From positions 1 to 50,138 of the IMG/VR virus record IMGVR_UViG_2875207988_000001: DNA of 50,138 nucleotides, one strand, 5' to 3'. The notes beneath the pieces were generated by a model. The model was given only the letters and a program-made list of their open reading frames with translations. It was not told where the DNA came from and searched no databases. The translations under genes were made by a program, and so were the position numbers. Source of the DNA: an uncultured virus (IMG/VR IMGVR_UViG_2875207988_000001). Lineage: Duplodnaviria; Heunggongvirae; Uroviricota; Caudoviricetes. Of this stretch, positions 37,066 to 45,734 are shown piece by piece; position 1 is the first letter of the stretch; each line of letters begins with the position of its first letter.

Positions 37066-37920
37066 CTAACTGTCTAATAAGTCATCAACGCTGATGATGT
37101 TTTCAAGCTGCTTATGTTCACGGCAATAAGCACAGCTACCACATGGAACAGGGGCCTGTACACCAGCAATTACATCCTCAAAATGGGGCAGTTGCTCGTC
37201 TATTCGTTGCAAGGCGTCCTCCATGTACTCATGAGGAATCGTGATAACCGCCTTATCCGGCGGACTTTGCTTTGTTACTGCAACAATGTAGGGTTCACAC
37301 TCGATTCTGTACTGCTGCTTGACTAGCTCGCGATAGACAGCCATTTGAAGCTGGTAGTCATATTTCAGAACGAATGGTACCCACCGGTGACTACGGCTAT
37401 CCCAAAACCGCTTAGACAGATCCTGCGTTGTCTTTAGATCGATGAAGTACCCACGATCTAGGTTCAAGCAGTCCAACTTGCCCATCCATTTAACGCCAGA
37501 AATTACGCCGGTAACGATCGATTCCTTTTCACCTTGATATAACTGTGTGAACGTCTTGTCGTTTTTGAGCGAGTCGATCATGATGTCGGCCTGCTTGTAC
37601 TCACTCTTTAGCTGGCCTTTAGTCTTACCACGACTGGATAACATCACTTCCTTGTTGGCATCTAAGAACCGTTCGTGGGCCTCCGAAGACTCGAAATAGC
37701 TGTGCAGGTCATTACCAACCAATAAAGCGGTCTTATCCTCATCAGGTGACCACACGCCTCTCAATTCAGCTAATGCCTCTGCCTCACAGGCAACGAACTT
37801 CTTAAACCAAGTTGGGCTCATGAAGTTTTTATTGGCTTCTTGACCGTAGTAATTGTCAGAACTTAGAATGAACGTCTGGTGGGAAGAGTTCACCCTGTCC
37901 TTCTTCGGTGCTGCTTGCAT
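37066..37920 (-). CDS. PD-(D/E)xK exonuclease, RecE/DUF3799-like
   Basis: ALLVGN..HSYFES, GK.D.L......DLKT, Y.LQMAVY, CGSCAYC. Confidence 0.88.
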   Translation of the reverse strand: MQAAPKKDRVNSSHQTFILSSDNYYGQEANKNFMSPTWFKKFVACEAEALAELRGVWSPDEDKTALLVGNDLHSYFESSEAHERFLDANKEVMLSSRGKTKGQLKSEYKQADIMIDSLKNDKTFTQLYQGEKESIVTGVISGVKWMGKLDCLNLDRGYFIDLKTTQDLSKRFWDSRSHRWVPFVLKYDYQLQMAVYRELVKQQYRIECEPYIVAVTKQSPPDKAVITIPHEYMEDALQRIDEQLPHFEDVIAGVQAPVPCGSCAYCREHKQLENIISVDDLLDS

Positions 37921-38917
37921 CGTCACCATCCCCCTTATGATTTTCAGATTCTTCAAGGCCATCCAAAATATTGTTGACAGTGTCCTTGTCTTGCTTATCA
38001 CCCGGCTTCATATTTTCAATGGAGCGAATATCGTCAGAGCTACTTTCGTCCGTATTTGTATCAACCGGTTCTTCTTGTTCTGCTGGTTCATCTGTTTCTG
38101 CTTGTTCAACGGGTTCAGGAGGCGTTGGTTCCTCTGTGTCCGCATTACCGATCAAATCAGTAACCTTCTTAGGCGTCACATCTTTGGCTGTTTGATCCTC
38201 GTCATACTCGTTGGAAGTAGTATTATTGATGGCTCCAACGACCAAATCTGAATCATCAGAAGTATTTAAAATGTTCTTAGCGGCCCGGTTAAGAACCGTC
38301 CGTTTGGCCATCTCGTCACTGAATTTATTTTGGACAGCCCCTTTAGACCGTGTCTGTGACCAACTGTTTTGAATTTGCTTGAAGGTCATTACAGTGTACT
38401 GGTGAGTCCCATCGGCCATCTTAATGACCGCATACACGTACTTAATTTGACCATCAAGGCCTTCTAATGTTGGCTTCCACTTGGTGACCATTAATCGATC
38501 ATCTTCCGCGGAAATCTCAAAGTCATCACCATCGTGAACCACATTAGCCCAGCAATCGTCAACCTCCGACAGCCGCTTTAGTGCGGCCTGCGTCCCAAAA
38601 TAGGAACGCTGCATTTGGACCTTATTTCCATACTTGATAAAATAAACTTGCGTTTTTGCAGGCGTTAATCCTTGAACAACCATGTCCATCAAAGCATTAG
38701 CGATAGATGTCTTCGTTTCAGGAACGTGTGCCGCAATCTGAATCAGATCACCATCATTGCTACTCTTCAAAGCAAAGAATGCGGACTTGAGAGCATTTCC
38801 AACAGCATAGTTGGCTGGCAGCTTCAAGCCATTCTCCTGATTCATCATTTGATTAATTTGGTTCTGAACACCCGCATCTAGTGAACGTTGGGTTTCTGCA
38901 ACTTCGTTTGTAGCCAT
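37856..38917 (-). CDS. recT: RecT-family recombinase
   Basis: SIANAL.DMV.QGL.PAK.Q.YFI.YG...Q.QRSYFG, F.DEMAKRTV.NRAAK. Confidence 0.92.
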   Translation of the reverse strand: MATNEVAETQRSLDAGVQNQINQMMNQENGLKLPANYAVGNALKSAFFALKSSNDGDLIQIAAHVPETKTSIANALMDMVVQGLTPAKTQVYFIKYGNKVQMQRSYFGTQAALKRLSEVDDCWANVVHDGDDFEISAEDDRLMVTKWKPTLEGLDGQIKYVYAVIKMADGTHQYTVMTFKQIQNSWSQTRSKGAVQNKFSDEMAKRTVLNRAAKNILNTSDDSDLVVGAINNTTSNEYDEDQTAKDVTPKKVTDLIGNADTEEPTPPEPVEQAETDEPAEQEEPVDTNTDESSSDDIRSIENMKPGDKQDKDTVNNILDGLEESENHKGDGDDASSTEEGQGELFPPDVHSKF

Positions 38918-39133
38918 TTATTCTTCCTCCTCCAAATTGGGTGACCAAGCAACAAGCTCGTCGCTGATGCTGTATAGCCGATCAATCTCATCATTGCTAA
39001 GTCGATCATTCTCGGCCAACAATTGAACTTCCTTGAACAGATCAGATTTAATGTCATCTAGTTCAGCTAAATTAGTAGCAACCACTGCTTTAGGCTGGAA
39101 ACGACTGCTTGTGTGTACCTTGACTACGTCCAT
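38918..39133 (-). CDS. Hypothetical protein
   Basis: GGAGGTG RBS; early operon. Confidence 0.65.
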   Translation of the reverse strand: MDVVKVHTSSRFQPKAVVATNLAELDDIKSDLFKEVQLLAENDRLSNDEIDRLYSISDELVAWSPNLEEEE

Positions 39134-39417
39134 GAGATCACCTCCGCGCCTTTAAAATCTTCCAAGATAGCTGCCAGATGGTCATAGTCCCAATCAATCT
39201 GGGATCCGTAATCCTCACCCTCAACATCTAAAAAGTCGTGCATTGAATCTTCATCGGTTGGTACATATCGGCCTTCTGCTTCCCAATAAGTTTCACCAGA
39301 AATCATGGGGTTGCCATTGGTATCTTTGATCATGAATCCCGTCTCAGGCTGCGATTCCAGTCGATTCATGTACCGGACAAAGTCGAATGTTGCATGATCT
39401 GGCACGCTCATCGCCAT
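39124..39417 (-). CDS. Hypothetical acidic protein
   Basis: ORF coupled to downstream gene. Confidence 0.6.
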   Translation of the reverse strand: MAMSVPDHATFDFVRYMNRLESQPETGFMIKDTNGNPMISGETYWEAEGRYVPTDEDSMHDFLDVEGEDYGSQIDWDYDHLAAILEDFKGAEVISWT

Positions 39418-39526
39418 TGCAACCACCGCCCATCTGGAGTAGAATTAAGGTTATAGAAATAGGATAAATGTAATTTATCTTTGAGTTCTGAGCTGCCACT
39501 CAGGGCTCTTTTTTTATGCCAAAGTG

Positions 39527-39703
39527 TCATTTTTTGTCCTCCAATCCGAAGTAGTCATTACGCCAAGCCTTCCAGCCACCAACCGTTTCAACGTGCTTAC
39601 GGAAGCGGTAGCCGGCGTAGAAAAGTCCTACAATGCTGCCGATCCATGTTGCCGCTTCGCCAAAATAGAAACACCAAAAATCATAAATGCTTTGCAAAAT
39701 CAT
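39527..39703 (-). CDS. Small membrane protein (58 aa, MILQSIYDFWCFYFGEAATWIGSIVGLFYAGYRFRK...)
   Basis: Hand-translated; TAGGAGGG RBS; one TM segment. Confidence 0.6.
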   Translation of the reverse strand: MILQSIYDFWCFYFGEAATWIGSIVGLFYAGYRFRKHVETVGGWKAWRNDYFGLEDKK

Positions 39704-39715
39704 TTTTTAACCCTC

Positions 39716-39979
39716 CTATACCGTTACACTCTTTCGATTACGGTTTTCTTCAATCCACTCATCAATTGCTGGTCGAAGATCGACTGACAAGTTGTCATGC
39801 ATGAATCGATCAACCTCAAACTTCGGGATTGATAACTGTCCCAGCTGTAAGCAATTCAGCTTCCCCAATCCAATCAGTGCCCGGACCTTGTTCGGAGAAA
39901 TCTTTAGTTTCTTGGCCGCCTGTGGAATTGTGTAAACATCTGCATCAACCGTGCGCTTGAGCACTACTGTTTTAACCAT
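39716..39979 (-). CDS. Excisionase-like HTH protein
   Basis: YTIPQAAKKLKIS...V..LI..GKL......IP..EVDRF. Confidence 0.8.
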   Translation of the reverse strand: MVKTVVLKRTVDADVYTIPQAAKKLKISPNKVRALIGLGKLNCLQLGQLSIPKFEVDRFMHDNLSVDLRPAIDEWIEENRNRKSVTV

Positions 39980-40518
39980 TTGAATCCCCCTAACTTGTTA
40001 TGCTTGTTGGTTTCATGGACAATCTTTAGCATGTCCTGACGGGACACGTCTTCAAATTGACCATTAAAAAGTAACTCCATACTGATCAGCTTGATTCGCT
40101 CGTAGCTATACTGCTCCGCCTTCTTGCATTGATCATGAGTCCATTTTTCACGTGGTCGGTCTCGCATAAATATTTTGACTTGCCGCCGCAGCTCTATAAC
40201 CGTCGCACGTTGATCGTCGATGGCGTCCAACGTAGCAAAAGGCGCATCTCTGAACTTAGGCGACCAATCTTCCGTATCAAACATCTGAATGGCTTCAAAG
40301 TAGGCTGCGGCTAGCTGATTACTAAACCGGTAGTCTTGTAAGTAAGTCGCGTCCTTAACCGCATTAGCTGCCGTCGTATCTACCGTGTGACGATTATTGG
40401 CAATGCCTTGGGCCGTTTGTCCGGTATCTTCTGCCATAAGCTTGGCTGAAACGTTATTACGCTTCATTGCATTATCGAAAAATGTACGGATGTCACGAGA
40501 TGTTTTTATCACATCCAT
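39964..40518 (-). CDS. Hypothetical early protein (N-terminal HTH-like)
   Basis: AAGGAGG RBS; MA..TGQTAQ.I.N pattern. Confidence 0.6.
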   Translation of the reverse strand: MDVIKTSRDIRTFFDNAMKRNNVSAKLMAEDTGQTAQGIANNRHTVDTTAANAVKDATYLQDYRFSNQLAAAYFEAIQMFDTEDWSPKFRDAPFATLDAIDDQRATVIELRRQVKIFMRDRPREKWTHDQCKKAEQYSYERIKLISMELLFNGQFEDVSRQDMLKIVHETNKHNKLGGFKWLKQ

Positions 40519-40578
40519 TACAACTGCCTCCTTGTGTTTCGACTGATGTACTACAAGCACTTGTAGTACATAATTTAA

Positions 40579-40773
40579 TTAGAATGAAAATTCTAAATCC
40601 TCTTCGGCTCGTCTTTGGCGGATATTTAGCTCACCGCCTGCATCTTTGAATAGCCGATTTAAGCGTTTATCTTGCTCACCTGGTAATTCATCAGCTGCAA
40701 GCATAGCTTCTAGCTGACCATCAGTCAGTCCTAACGTATCTTTGATGGTTTTAATCTTTTCTTGTCGTGTCAT
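40579..40773 (-). CDS. Hypothetical protein
   Basis: AAGGAGGTG RBS. Confidence 0.65.
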   Translation of the reverse strand: MTRQEKIKTIKDTLGLTDGQLEAMLAADELPGEQDKRLNRLFKDAGGELNIRQRRAEEDLEFSF

Positions 40774-40919
40774 TTTGACACCTCCTTTCTAACGTAGAAA
40801 ACCTGCAACAATACAGGTAATTAAGAGTAAACTTGGTAGATAAATCACACGATTCACCTCAATTTTGGAAAATACATTATCCTTTTATGCGATAATTAGT
40901 ACAAAAGGAGTTGTCATTA

Positions 40920-41759
40920 ATGCCAGCTATTGATAATAATTGTATTGAAAAAATCTCTAAAACTTTGGGTGAATTGCTTACTGGTTCGGAGATTACATCT
41001 ATGTTTCATCAACTCGAATTAAAAGACTTTGACGCGACCAGACAACAGCAACTAAATTTTCCTACATTCCATTCAACTAAATGGAGAAGGATTAACGAGT
41101 CTGTCACTGAGGCATGTAGAACCACCAATAGTGCTAAGCCCTTGTTTAAAGCAATCGAGTACACCATGCGCCCTGCTAATTTTCTTCATGACGCTGAGTC
41201 TTGGACAATTAACAAACAAAGCGTTAATGAAGACTTAATATTCTATGGTTTCCAAATTAACGACTCTGGAAAAATTGAATCAACACAAGCTGCAACAACT
41301 TTTAACGAAGCGCAACAGCGTCTTCAAACTTTGACTGATAAACTCGCTCAATTAAATATTCACCCATCCGTACTCAAATACTGTCGTACAGAATTGCTTC
41401 AAAAAAATTACTTTCACGCTCTACTCGAAGCAAGCAAAGGGATAATGGATCGGGTTAGAGCAATTTCAGAGCTATCGGACGACGGAAATACTTTAATTAA
41501 CGAATGTTTTTCTCAAAAAAATCCAATAATCCTAATTCGCTCAAATATGCTAATTACTCAAACGGATAAGAGCAAATATCAAGGCTTGAAAAGTCTTTTA
41601 AACACCATTGTGTACCTGTACCGCAACCCCAACGCACATGAACCAAAGCTTTATGATGTGACAAGTGAAACAGATGCCGTAACCGCCCTTACTCTTATGT
41701 CATTAGCAAATAGCCTTCTAGACGATTGCATTAATGTTCGTGATCTTGATTTGAATTAG
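40920..41759 (+). CDS. TIGR02391-family protein (candidate Abi/HEPN-like moron)
   Basis: LTGSEI, TKWRR, NYFHA.LEA.K, DG..L, RNP.AHEPK motifs. Confidence 0.8.
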   Translation: MPAIDNNCIEKISKTLGELLTGSEITSMFHQLELKDFDATRQQQLNFPTFHSTKWRRINESVTEACRTTNSAKPLFKAIEYTMRPANFLHDAESWTINKQSVNEDLIFYGFQINDSGKIESTQAATTFNEAQQRLQTLTDKLAQLNIHPSVLKYCRTELLQKNYFHALLEASKGIMDRVRAISELSDDGNTLINECFSQKNPIILIRSNMLITQTDKSKYQGLKSLLNTIVYLYRNPNAHEPKLYDVTSETDAVTALTLMSLANSLLDDCINVRDLDLN

Positions 41760-41925
41760 TCAACATCGCATAACCTAGTGCTACTAAGCCAAGAAAAATT
41801 AATCGATAGCTGCCCCTAGGATTTTTCACTTGATGTTCTCGTCTCAATTCAATTTCAAACAAATCGTTAACTGAACTAGCAATTCTTAACTCTGTCTGCC
41901 GAAGTTTTTTGTCCACATCATTCAT
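41731..41925 (-). CDS. Small membrane protein
   Basis: GGAGGTG RBS, coupled to cro; C-terminal TM segment. Confidence 0.55.
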   Translation of the reverse strand: MNDVDKKLRQTELRIASSVNDLFEIELRREHQVKNPRGSYRLIFLGLVALGYAMLTNSNQDHEH

Positions 41926-42158
41926 CAGCTCACCTCCTCAGAATGTTTACATTTTGTTAACTCTATATTCAAAAAAATATCATCGGGTTTCAAGCCAAAC
42001 ACAGCTGCTATTTCTTGAGCCGTTACATAGCTCAACCCACGTTTTCCATTTTCAATTAGAGAGTAGTACCCTTTAGAGACGCCAATTTCATCTGCAACGT
42101 CCTGCTGAGTTAAATCATTAGACTCTCTAATCTCTTTAAGATGAGTTAACATTATCAT
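41925..42158 (-). CDS. Cro-like XRE HTH regulator
   Basis: LKEIR....LTQQDVA..IGVSK.YYS.IENGKR; divergent from repressor. Confidence 0.9.
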   Translation of the reverse strand: MIMLTHLKEIRESNDLTQQDVADEIGVSKGYYSLIENGKRGLSYVTAQEIAAVFGLKPDDIFLNIELTKCKHSEEVS

Positions 42159-42166
42159 CGCCTCCT

Positions 42167-42271
42167 GTTTACCTTATGTAAATATAATACATCCATGTTT
42201 ACCTTTTGTAAACAGCTAAGTCGACATTTTGTAAACTTTTACCAATCTTATTGAGTTTACTAATTGTAAAC
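42167..42271. promoter_or_regulatory. Repressor/Cro operator array, GTTTAC-N5-GTAAAC
   Basis: Copies at 42167, 42197, 42220 (GTCGAC half) and 42255; a fifth at 41945 in the end of cro. Confidence 0.8.
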
Positions 42272-42302
42272 CCTAAAATAATAAGTAAATGAGGTGTTAA
42301 TT

Positions 42303-42665
42303 ATGGGCTTAGGTTCCCGTATTCGTGAACTAAGAAAAGATAAAAAACTAACTCAAGAGCAACTTGGCAAGGTCCTTAATGTATCCAAAGCATCAATATC
42401 TGGATATGAAAACGAAACTCGCGAACCCGATAGCAAATCATTAGTCAAAATTGCGGAATACTTTGATGTTTCCCTAGACTATCTGTTAGGCAAAAATCAA
42501 ACTCCTAAATGGGCTAATAAAAAAGACACTAATGACTTAGAAAAATTCCTAACTGATAATGAAGGATCCATGACTTATGGCGGCGAGGACCTCACAGAAG
42601 AAGAAAAAGAACAAGTGCGTGTGGCGATGACAACGATTTTCTGGAAGCGCCATAAGCACGACTAG
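42303..42665 (+). CDS. CI/ImmR-like repressor (XRE HTH)
   Basis: IRELRK...LTQEQLG..LNVSKASIS.YEN..REP; followed by ImmA. Confidence 0.92.
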   Translation: MGLGSRIRELRKDKKLTQEQLGKVLNVSKASISGYENETREPDSKSLVKIAEYFDVSLDYLLGKNQTPKWANKKDTNDLEKFLTDNEGSMTYGGEDLTEEEKEQVRVAMTTIFWKRHKHD

Positions 42666-42676
42666 GGGCTGATTGT

Positions 42677-43090
42677 TTGGAAAAGATAAGTAACGTTGCG
42701 AAAACAGTAATGAATCGATACCACACCGCCAATCCCTTTACAATTGCAGAAAGACTTAATATTCAAGTCGAATGGTGCTTGTTTGGCCATTATCCACTAG
42801 GCAAAACTGTCTATGATGGTGACCAGCCTGTTGTTATGCTCAATACAACAATTAGACATACCCCTACCCAATACTTTGTTATGGGCCACGAGCTAGGCCA
42901 CGCCATCCTTCAAGAGGGCCTGGTCGGCTACTATACAAGTAGCAACAAGGCACACGGTCAGCTTGAAACTGAGGCAGACGAGTTTTCGGCCGCATTGATG
43001 GGTTTACTATTTATTGAAGATAACGATCGTATGCCGTCTTCGTACAAAGACTTAGCACGCCAATATGGCCTACCCTACGATTTTGATTAG
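42677..43090 (+). CDS. ImmA/IrrE-family metallopeptidase (anti-repressor)
   Basis: HELGH and E.EAD.F motifs. Confidence 0.92.
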   Translation: MEKISNVAKTVMNRYHTANPFTIAERLNIQVEWCLFGHYPLGKTVYDGDQPVVMLNTTIRHTPTQYFVMGHELGHAILQEGLVGYYTSSNKAHGQLETEADEFSAALMGLLFIEDNDRMPSSYKDLARQYGLPYDFD

Positions 43091-43183
43091 GTAAGCCTGC
43101 CTGATATACTTACAAATCTGGAAAAAATATAATGTGTCCAAAACTGATGACGCTAAAAGCTGTACATATACCGGGAGGAAAGC

Positions 43184-44004
43184 ATGGGAATAATTAAAAT
43201 AATTGGACCCTTTGTGATAGGATCAATTTTACTATCTGGATGTCAAAGTTCTGCTAAAAGCGGCAATAACATAAAGGACAATAAAAAGGTCACAAACGTT
43301 AGCTTGCGGCTCAAAAAAATAGAATTTATGATATAAGCCACGCTGAGGGTAAGACTGTAAAAGGAGCCAGTGTCATTTTTGTTCCAGAAAACAAGCATAA
43401 TGATGTTGAGAAGATCAAAGCTGGCAGCGATGGCACTTTCTATGAAGATGCACTTGTTCCGGGAAGATATGTCGTATATGCCAAAAAAGACGGGATAAAA
43501 AGTAATAAACACCAGTTGAGGGTTATGAGCTATCTTACGACACACAACACCCCTAGCTCTAAAACTGCTGACACTGACAGCGACTCAAAATCATCTTCAA
43601 TATCCGCAAGCATTGATAGTTCAGTATCTGCTTCACTTGATGAATCAGTGAAAAAACAAAATGAAAATTCGTCAACTAAATCGAGCTATAGGTCTAAATA
43701 TAAACGTGTAAGTCTTGAAAGTTTCACTGATAACCCAGATAAATATGATCAAAAACTGATTAAGGTAACCGGAACCGTCACATATATTCAGCGAAATTCT
43801 GACAATAATACCATGGACTATATTGTTCTAAGTAATAGTGATAACACAGCTGCTACCGTCGCCGAAGTTGAAGTTGAAGACATGCACTCTCACCATATTT
43901 CAGAGGGCAGTAATATCACTATTTTAGGCGGTGGACTTACTAAAACCGTCAAATTAAACGGCAAAACACTTGAGTCAGATATTATCGAAGACTTTGTCCA
44001 ATAG
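43184..44004 (+). pseudogene. Lipoprotein (LSGC lipobox, C-terminal OB-fold-like region) split by a frameshift at an A7 tract (43313-43319)
   Basis: GGGAGG RBS; frame 0 stops at 43336; -1 frame open from the tract through the 43516..44004 ORF. Confidence 0.75.
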
Positions 44005-44073
44005 ATAATAGGCTTGATTGGTCCACACCCGAAGACCTAAAAAGCTGATCAAATATTTTTACAGGAGGATATC

Positions 44074-44328
44074 ATGAAAACTATTAAGAGAGGCATTACG
44101 ATAATTGCTTTGACTTTCACCCTGTTTATGGGTGGTGCAGCGCCAGTTATTCCCAATACTACTGTTGCTCACGCAAAAACTACATACGTTTGGATTGCTC
44201 CAAATTATGGCACTAAATGGCATCATTCGAAACATTGCCGCGGCTTAAATGCAGCTAAACATAAGAAACACGTTACACTGCACTGGGCAAAAAAACATGG
44301 CTATAAGAAGTGTCACTGGTGTTACTAA
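44074..44328 (+). CDS. Small secreted His/Cys-rich basic protein, copy A
   Basis: Signal peptide ending AHA; YVWIAP..G.KWH....CRGL...GY..C..C. Confidence 0.8.
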   Translation: MKTIKRGITIIALTFTLFMGGAAPVIPNTTVAHAKTTYVWIAPNYGTKWHHSKHCRGLNAAKHKKHVTLHWAKKHGYKKCHWCY

Positions 44329-44339
44329 CAAAATAATCA

Positions 44340-44384
44340 GCTTCTGTCTGGTGACTCCACTCGGTTCGATTCCGGGGTGAAGCA
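44340..44384 (+). ncRNA. tRNA mini-helix (acceptor plus T-arm only), copy 1
   Basis: GCTTC...CTCGG TTCGATT CCGGG GTGAAGCA; near-identical copy at 45602. Confidence 0.55.
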
Positions 44385-44388
44385 TATT

Positions 44389-44459
44389 GGACCTTTAGCT
44401 CAGTTAGCTAGAGCAGACGGCTAGCCGTGCGGTCGTTGGTTCGAGTCCAACAAGGTCCA
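44389..44459 (+). pseudogene. tRNA-Ile2 pseudogene lacking anticodon
   Basis: Same body as 48704..48777 but anticodon arm reads ACGGCTAGCCGT (3 nt shorter). Confidence 0.8.
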
Positions 44460-44480
44460 TTTAGGTAACTATCTGAGGAG

Positions 44481-44615
44481 ATGGCTTTAACGTTAAAGAA
44501 AGATGTTTTTCAATTGATAAATGATCTAATCGACCACTTACCAGTCATTGCTCTGATTGTATTAGTTATCATAATTGTGTCCTTTTACGTTTTTAACATA
44601 CGGTCAAAACACTAA
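44481..44615 (+). CDS. Small single-pass membrane peptide (44 aa, MALTLKKDVFQLINDLIDHLPVIALIVLVIIIVSFYVFNIRSKH)
   Basis: Hand-translated; GAGGAG immediately upstream, so true start uncertain. Confidence 0.5.
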   Translation: MALTLKKDVFQLINDLIDHLPVIALIVLVIIIVSFYVFNIRSKH

Positions 44616-44639
44616 CTTTTGCATTATGGAGGTAATTAA

Positions 44640-44861
44640 ATGGTTTTTACTGATGTATTTAATGTTAAACATGACGACTGCAAGATCATCCAAACTCAGA
44701 ACGACTTTAAACGTGTGTTTATTATTGAAAACGAACAGGGAATACGTTTTACCTGTTTGAAAGATGATGCACCTCGCTCTTCCAAAATTCACGATCATTG
44801 GAAACATGCCAAGCCTAGTGCTTCTCCTGATGCACATCCTTTTCATGATAAATTTGTGTAA
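44640..44861 (+). CDS. Hypothetical protein, copy B
   Basis: GGAGG RBS; paralog of 45045..45263. Confidence 0.75.
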   Translation: MVFTDVFNVKHDDCKIIQTQNDFKRVFIIENEQGIRFTCLKDDAPRSSKIHDHWKHAKPSASPDAHPFHDKFV

Positions 44862-45044
44862 CTGGATTGTTATATGCCTAAGACGTAGCTTCTGCCTGGT
44901 AACTCCCTTCGATTAGATTTCAGGAATAAGCATAATTTCAAAAAAATGTTGTAGTCAATGTCGACAATTATTATCACTGGTCTATTATTTTCGTCCAATT
45001 CGTATGGGTATAATTTATGTCCGACTGATATGGGAGGTATTAAT

Positions 45045-45263
45045 ATGGATTTCGTTGATGTCTTCAATGTTAAACATGAGAACTGCAAAATTGTAGAGAC
45101 TCGGAATGAGTTCAACCGCATTTTTATTATTGAAAATGAACAGGGCGAACGCTTCACCTGCCTTAAAGAAAATGCTCCTATTGGTAAAAAATTTGGCGGA
45201 CATTGGAAACATGCTAATCCACAAGATTCTCCTGAGGCTCACCCTTTCAGAAATAGATTTTAA
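45045..45263 (+). CDS. Hypothetical protein, copy B'
   Basis: GGGAGG RBS; DVFNVKH..CKI...FIIENEQG.RFTCLK shared with B. Confidence 0.75.
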   Translation: MDFVDVFNVKHENCKIVETRNEFNRIFIIENEQGERFTCLKENAPIGKKFGGHWKHANPQDSPEAHPFRNRF

Positions 45264-45347
45264 AGCCTTATCAAGTATCTATTCAATTATCCTATTGTCA
45301 CACCCGATGACGGTAAAAGCTGACTATATATTCATAGGAGGTTCGTT

Positions 45348-45599
45348 ATGAAAAGTATCAAAAGGAGTATTACGGTAGTTGCATTGTCCTTCACCTTATT
45401 TATGGGTGGTGCAGCTCCTATTGTTCCAAACATCACTACTGCTCACGCAAAAACTACATACGTTTGGATTGCACCCAAGCACGGGAAGAAGTATCACTTC
45501 AATAAACATTGTCGCGGTTTGAAACACGCTTCATATAAAAAGCACGTTTCATTGCATTGGGCAAAAAAACATGGATATTCAAGGTGTCATTTTGAATAA
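45348..45599 (+). CDS. Small secreted His/Cys-rich basic protein, copy A'
   Basis: Close paralog of 44074..44328. Confidence 0.8.
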   Translation: MKSIKRSITVVALSFTLFMGGAAPIVPNITTAHAKTTYVWIAPKHGKKYHFNKHCRGLKHASYKKHVSLHWAKKHGYSRCHFE

Positions 45600-45601
45600 C
45601 A

Positions 45602-45646
45602 GCTTCTGTCTGGTGACTCCCCTCGGTTCGATTCCGGGGTGAAGCA
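45602..45646 (+). ncRNA. tRNA mini-helix, copy 2
   Basis: 44/45 nt identical to 44340..44384. Confidence 0.55.
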
Positions 45647-45734
45647 TAAATCGATTCTGGTAAGCAACCATCTTCTCATCGATTGAAAGATCATGAATCG
45701 TCGCACTAAATAATCAAGTAAGGAGGAGCATCCA

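Noticed and set aside
43135..43162. Hammerhead ribozyme (CTGATGA core)
   Set aside because: No GAAA core or flanking stems, and the other two copies have CCGA
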